Origin: a virus
Lineage: Duplodnaviria > Caudoviricetes
Reading direction: 5' to 3' (one strand)
DNA: 64,000 bases
IMG/VR virus record: IMGVR_UViG_3300033463_005840
Location: 32,001 to 96,000 of that record
The position numbers and the translations under genes were made by a program. This document shows positions 59,722 to 64,000 of the stretch, piece by piece. Below the pieces are notes generated by a model. The model was not told the DNA's origin. It was given only the letters and a program-made list of their open reading frames with translations, and did not search any database. Positions within the stretch are counted from its first letter, which is position 1. The number at the start of each line of letters is the position of its first letter.

Positions 59722-60762
59722 ATGGACCAAGTAACAATACTCAGACAAATGTTTAAAACCCTTTCTCCAGAAGAGCAGAAGACATTTTTAAAATCATTGA
59801 AGCAAAAATCCGATGAAACGGAAGACTTTAAATCCTTCAAAGAAACGATTTTAAAACATAGCAATCATCCGTCTTCAGACCGGATTTGCTGTCCGCATTG
59901 TCATAGTGCTAATGTAACCAAGAACGGACACAAAGACCATGTTCAAAGATTCAGATGCAAAGATTGTGGTAAAACGTTCACTTACTCTAATAACACTATA
60001 ATCTTTTCAACGAAAAAGGACATAAGCAAGTGGGAGAAGTATTGCGAGTGTCTTTTGCATAAATTTACGTTACGGAAATCCGCTGAAATCTGTGGGATAT
60101 CCCTGCCGACCGCTTTCAGTTGGAGGCATAAAATCTTAGACGCTTTACAGAATATGCAGAATGACATTACCTTATCGGGAGTTGTTGAAGCGGATGAGAC
60201 GTTTTTCTCTGTCAGTTTTAAGGGACAAAAGAAAGAAAATTTTAGCATTCCCCGTGAGAGCAGACATAGAGGACATTCCAACTCTGTGCGGGGACTTTCT
60301 TACGAACAGGTTTGCGTACCGTGTATGGTAAACCATGAAGGAATGTCCGTTGGTAAAATCTCTAACTTAGGAAAACCTAATATTATGGACTTAGGGAAAG
60401 TAATCAATAACAAGATTGAAAAAGGTTCCGTCTTTGTCACTGATTCTTTAAAGAGCTATCAAAAAGTCGCTTTTGAGAATGAGTTAACCCATGTAAGAAT
60501 ACCCAGAGGCAAATATAAATCAGGAGCTTTTAACATTCAGACCATAAACAGCTATCACTCTGAATTAAAAAGACTGGTTATCGGTATCTTTAAGGGAGTT
60601 GCCACTAAGTATCTTAATAATTACATCGTTTACAATAATTTTTCTAATTTTTCCAAGAAAAATTTTTGTAATAAGTTAAATGAGCTGAAAGATTTTGTAT
60701 TCAGTACCTGCTGCAATACAAGAGGTTATTCAATAAGTTCACGAAAGGCGATACCGGTTTAA
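59722..60762 (+). CDS. IS1595-family transposase
   Basis: Zn finger CPHC..CKDC, HTH, VEADETF, VTDS..SY, IQTINSYHS..KR, GVATKYLNNY. Confidence 0.92.
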   Translation: MDQVTILRQMFKTLSPEEQKTFLKSLKQKSDETEDFKSFKETILKHSNHPSSDRICCPHCHSANVTKNGHKDHVQRFRCKDCGKTFTYSNNTIIFSTKKDISKWEKYCECLLHKFTLRKSAEICGISLPTAFSWRHKILDALQNMQNDITLSGVVEADETFFSVSFKGQKKENFSIPRESRHRGHSNSVRGLSYEQVCVPCMVNHEGMSVGKISNLGKPNIMDLGKVINNKIEKGSVFVTDSLKSYQKVAFENELTHVRIPRGKYKSGAFNIQTINSYHSELKRLVIGIFKGVATKYLNNYIVYNNFSNFSKKNFCNKLNELKDFVFSTCCNTRGYSISSRKAIPV

Positions 60763-60787
60763 TATATATTTATAGAAGGAAAGGAAA

Positions 60788-61033
60788 ATGGCTATGATTA
60801 CTAGAAAACGCACAAACAAAGATGTAGACGCTCTCATAGATGAAGTTCTTGCCGAAAACAACGAAGGGAACGAAGTCGAAAGCGGAACTATGACTGCTTT
60901 GGATAGGTATATTGTTGAAACATCTGACGAAATCTATCAGGACTATTTAAACGGCAAAAATTATGTTTCGCTGGAAGAAGCTATTGCTGAAATGGAAAGA
61001 GAGACGGGAAAGAGATATCATGTCAAAATATAA
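60788..61033 (+). CDS. putative antitoxin with phage-type N-terminal extension
   Basis: Acidic, 81 aa, overlaps toxin start; ends QDYLNGKNYVSLEEAIAEM; late motif at 60763. Confidence 0.6.
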   Translation: MAMITRKRTNKDVDALIDEVLAENNEGNEVESGTMTALDRYIVETSDEIYQDYLNGKNYVSLEEAIAEMERETGKRYHVKI

Positions 61034-61439
61034 AGTTAACATCTCAAATAAAGCTAAGGCTGAAATTAAAGACCAATACAAGTATATCTGTAGCTACGCT
61101 GATACTATAGATGTAGCAGATAATTGGTATGAGCAAACTATGAATGAGATTGCTAAATTAGCTTATATTCATGGATTCTCTGAATACCCGTTTATCAAGA
61201 AATTTAAAGCTCAAAAGAAAATTTTCGGTAAGGGAAGGCATTTTCAATTTATTCTCATTTATACCGTTAATGATGAAAAGGAAGAGATACTTATTATCCA
61301 TTGCCTTAACTGTAAACAAAAGCCTGTTAAATCTAATCTGATTCTAAGCCGTCATATACAAAGACATATACCTATAAACAGGCGTATTGCTTTTATCAGA
61401 TACAACAGGCGAAAAGTGCTTTGTAGGCATGGTAATTAA
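61020..61439 (+). CDS. RelE/ParE-family toxin with basic C-terminal extension
   Basis: YKVNISNKAKAEIKDQYKYI...A..W...I.KL...FILIYTV..E..ILIIH. Confidence 0.75.
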   Translation: MSKYKVNISNKAKAEIKDQYKYICSYADTIDVADNWYEQTMNEIAKLAYIHGFSEYPFIKKFKAQKKIFGKGRHFQFILIYTVNDEKEEILIIHCLNCKQKPVKSNLILSRHIQRHIPINRRIAFIRYNRRKVLCRHGN

Positions 61440-61511
61440 TGCTACTATTTCTAAAACAATAATTATTGAAAGGTGAATATTGATGTTTGATTTTGTCTAT
61501 TTTGTCCAACT

Positions 61512-61521
61512 GGGGGGGGGG
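61512..61521 (+). repeat. G10 homopolymer
   Basis: Ten consecutive G in AT-rich DNA upstream of the R-M gene. Confidence 0.85.
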
Positions 61522-61575
61522 AATCACATAGTTTAATAGATAATGGCTGTACCGATTATACGGGAGGTACAGTTA

Positions 61576-63843
61576 ATGTCTAAAGTCTCAGAGACCGTTA
61601 CAGAAAACATTTTTAGAAATTTTTACGGTTCAAATACTTTTATTGAAAAATCAGCAATCCCTAATAAGTATGGATTTAAAAGTAAAAATCAAACAGACGC
61701 ACAAGGTTATCCTGATTTTTTTATAGAAAGAAATAATTACTTAATAATTGTTGAAGCAAAAGCAGAGTTGATAAAAGATGCGGAAAATGACATCGAGTTC
61801 TATCTAAATAACAACTCTACCGAATGTAACTTGTTAGGCATAGCAATAGCTGGACAAAGTGAAAACTCGATAAAAGTGAGATATTATTTCAAACATAAAA
61901 ACACAGCTAAGATTGAAAAATTACCAATTAAAGATTGCTTAAAAAAATTAGACGACATCGACATTATTATAAATAGGCTTTTATATGGCGATGATATATC
62001 TAATAAGGATTTACAGAAGCTTTTGAGTAATTTGAATAACCAATTTCATGATTACAACATTAGAGATACTGATAGGAGTTTATTCTTTTCTTCACTTTTA
62101 ATATCGCTGAAGGATGATAATTTCAGAGCTATCTATGATAAAGTTAAACCATGTATTTCAAATTCCAATCAAAATATTTCAATTCAATGTTCAAACTTAA
62201 ATAAATTGATTCTGGATGCTGTTGATAAACAACTGGAAGATAAAGTAAATTCTAATTCTAAACAAATTACATGGCTATCGAGATTTAGCTTTATATCAAA
62301 TATAGATATTCCTTTAGATAGTTACATTGCAATAATAAAAAGGATTGAAAATAGCATATTCAATTTGGTCGAGAAGAAAGAGAAGCAAGACATTTTAGGA
62401 AAGGCTTACAAAATATTCTTAGCAAGAGCTGGTGCAGCAGAAAATAAGAATATTATCTTTACCCCTGACCACATAAAATCATTGATGGTACGATTAGCGA
62501 GAGTTAATCATAAATCCATTATATTAGATACTTGTACCGGTTCAGGTGGTTTCTTAATGGAAGCGATGGAGCGAATGATTTCTGACGCTAATGGCAATGA
62601 CCAAGTTATTGAAAGCATTATTAATAAACAATTAATAGGGATTGAAAATGACCCCGTATTATTTTCACTAGCTTGTTCTAATATGTTTCTGCACGGAGAT
62701 GGAAAAACCAACTTAATTTTCAGAAATAGTTTGTTAGATTTAAAGATTGCAGATGATGTAAACTTGCTAAAGTATATAAAATCATTATCTCCTACACATG
62801 TAATTATAAACCCACCGTATGAAAACGGTAAACCAATAAAATTTACTAAACAAGCTCTTGATTATTTAAATTCTAACGGTAAGTTGATAATAATTATGCC
62901 CAGTATTACACTAATGCAGAATATAAAAAACGGCGAACCAACTGAAATTTTAAGTGAAATTCTTAGTGTTGCAAAACTTGATTATGTTATTAACTTGCCT
63001 AAAACTATTTTTAAAGAACAAAAAAGGGATGTATATCCATCCATCTTTGGATTTACTAAAACCCCTCACTGTCCTTCAGATGAAGTAATCTTTTGCAATA
63101 TTGAAGATGATTGTTTGGTTACTATTCAACATAAAGGCAGGATTGATAAGAATAAACTATGGTATGATAAACCTGGTATGAAAAATTTAGAGTTTCAAAT
63201 TTTTGATACTGTAACTAACCATAAACAGCAAGATATTATTATCAATAATAAAATAGTAGGTAAATCATATATAAAGCATATATTTCATAACAATCATATC
63301 AAACTATTCTACGGCATTAATGATGATAAACAAGATTTAGTCAAGTTTGGTGATATTTTTGATGTAAACGAAAAAGGCTCTTTGCAGTCTGAAAAGAATG
63401 ACCCTAACGGAGATTTTGATTTTATTACAGCATCAGAAGTATGGAAGAAACATAGTGCCTATGACCATGAGCAAGAAGCGATTATATACGCTGTTGAAGC
63501 TGAAGGTTCATTAGGCAGAGCACATTATGTCAATGGAAAATTTATTGCTAGTAATCTGTGTTTAATTCTTAGACCAAAAAATCCAAACAAATACCCGATT
63601 GATTTAGAGTTTTATTCCTATTATTTAATGAAGATTAGAAGTCGGTTAATTATGGATTTGGCTTACGGAGCATCTAAGAGAACCATAAATCCTGCTAATC
63701 TGGCAGAATATAGAATTAAATACTTTCCATATAATGAACAAATAAAATGCAAGAATGAGATTAAAAGCAAATTAAGTATAATCAGAATAAAAGCATTGGA
63801 ACTAGAAGAACTAAAAAATACAGCTTATGATGTAATAGCTTGA
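61576..63843 (+). CDS. fused type IIG-like restriction-modification enzyme (nuclease, N6-MTase, TRD)
   Basis: GYPDFF..IVEAK nuclease motif; FTPDHI, LDTCTGSGGFL, NPPY; HsdS-like C-terminus; GGGAGG RBS before ATG 61576. Confidence 0.85.
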   Translation: MSKVSETVTENIFRNFYGSNTFIEKSAIPNKYGFKSKNQTDAQGYPDFFIERNNYLIIVEAKAELIKDAENDIEFYLNNNSTECNLLGIAIAGQSENSIKVRYYFKHKNTAKIEKLPIKDCLKKLDDIDIIINRLLYGDDISNKDLQKLLSNLNNQFHDYNIRDTDRSLFFSSLLISLKDDNFRAIYDKVKPCISNSNQNISIQCSNLNKLILDAVDKQLEDKVNSNSKQITWLSRFSFISNIDIPLDSYIAIIKRIENSIFNLVEKKEKQDILGKAYKIFLARAGAAENKNIIFTPDHIKSLMVRLARVNHKSIILDTCTGSGGFLMEAMERMISDANGNDQVIESIINKQLIGIENDPVLFSLACSNMFLHGDGKTNLIFRNSLLDLKIADDVNLLKYIKSLSPTHVIINPPYENGKPIKFTKQALDYLNSNGKLIIIMPSITLMQNIKNGEPTEILSEILSVAKLDYVINLPKTIFKEQKRDVYPSIFGFTKTPHCPSDEVIFCNIEDDCLVTIQHKGRIDKNKLWYDKPGMKNLEFQIFDTVTNHKQQDIIINNKIVGKSYIKHIFHNNHIKLFYGINDDKQDLVKFGDIFDVNEKGSLQSEKNDPNGDFDFITASEVWKKHSAYDHEQEAIIYAVEAEGSLGRAHYVNGKFIASNLCLILRPKNPNKYPIDLEFYSYYLMKIRSRLIMDLAYGASKRTINPANLAEYRIKYFPYNEQIKCKNEIKSKLSIIRIKALELEELKNTAYDVIA

Positions 63844-63948
63844 TTGCTACTTTTAGTCTCTCCCTGCCAATATTCCCCCTCCCTTTAAAAACTTTGCATT
63901 GGCAGGGTCGGTTTCAATACTATTGTTAAACAGAGCGAACTGTTTTTT

Positions 63949-63980
63949 AAAATCCCTCTTGCAAAAAAGAGGGATTTTTT
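63949..63980 (+). terminator. phage repeated terminator
   Basis: AAAATCCCTCTT-GCAAA-AAGAGGGATTTT, same family as 23364. Confidence 0.85.
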
Positions 63981-64000
63981 CTTTGTCTTTGATTTTTATT

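Larger units (their letters stand above)
59593..63937 (+). mobile_element. IS1595-family transporter IS carrying passenger genes
   Basis: Left TIR GGCTCTGTTTAACAATAGTGTTGAA (59593-59617) and right TIR (63913-63937) match at 23/25; 8-bp TSD AACTGTTT at 59585-59592 and 63938-63945. Confidence 0.92.

Noticed and set aside
1-64000. Stop-codon reassignment
   Set aside because: Conserved genes are intact in the standard code and end in TAA, TAG and TGA; coding density is high
1-64000. tRNA/rRNA genes
   Set aside because: No cloverleaf or T-loop signature noticed in the intergenic gaps by eye; tRNAscan not run

Overview
A 64-kb AT-rich segment of a large contractile-tailed (myovirus-type, probably jumbo) phage. 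It uses the standard genetic code and is almost entirely + strand; the only convincing - strand CDS is a TnpB-like gene. Virion genes: major capsid, putative scaffold, portal, terminase, tail sheath, baseplate wedge and fibres. DNA metabolism genes: class III RNR NrdD/NrdG, dNMP kinase, RusA, an SF2 helicase, DnaB and a sigma-like protein. Mobile elements: three inteins (NrdD, terminase, helicase), two TnpB/Cas12f-like RuvC genes without tnpA, and a complete 4.35-kb IS1595-family element (TIRs plus 8-bp TSD) carrying a RelE/ParE-type toxin-antitoxin pair and a fused type IIG-like R-M gene. An intergenic + strand motif, TATATATTTA (18 exact copies counted), marks probable late promoters and is often fused to a repeated terminator or followed by conserved hairpins. 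The most unusual signal is a large set of accessory proteins built as acidic payload domains joined to Arg/Lys-rich peptides, with a [VIL]-x-[SA]-[SAN] motif at the junctions. Some ORFs string 2-3 payloads together, and even the TA toxin and a tandem SAM-lyase-like protein carry the motif. This suggests a modular capsid-loading and proteolytic-release system for injected cargo (inference). Functional calls come from motif recognition by eye; no database searches were run.
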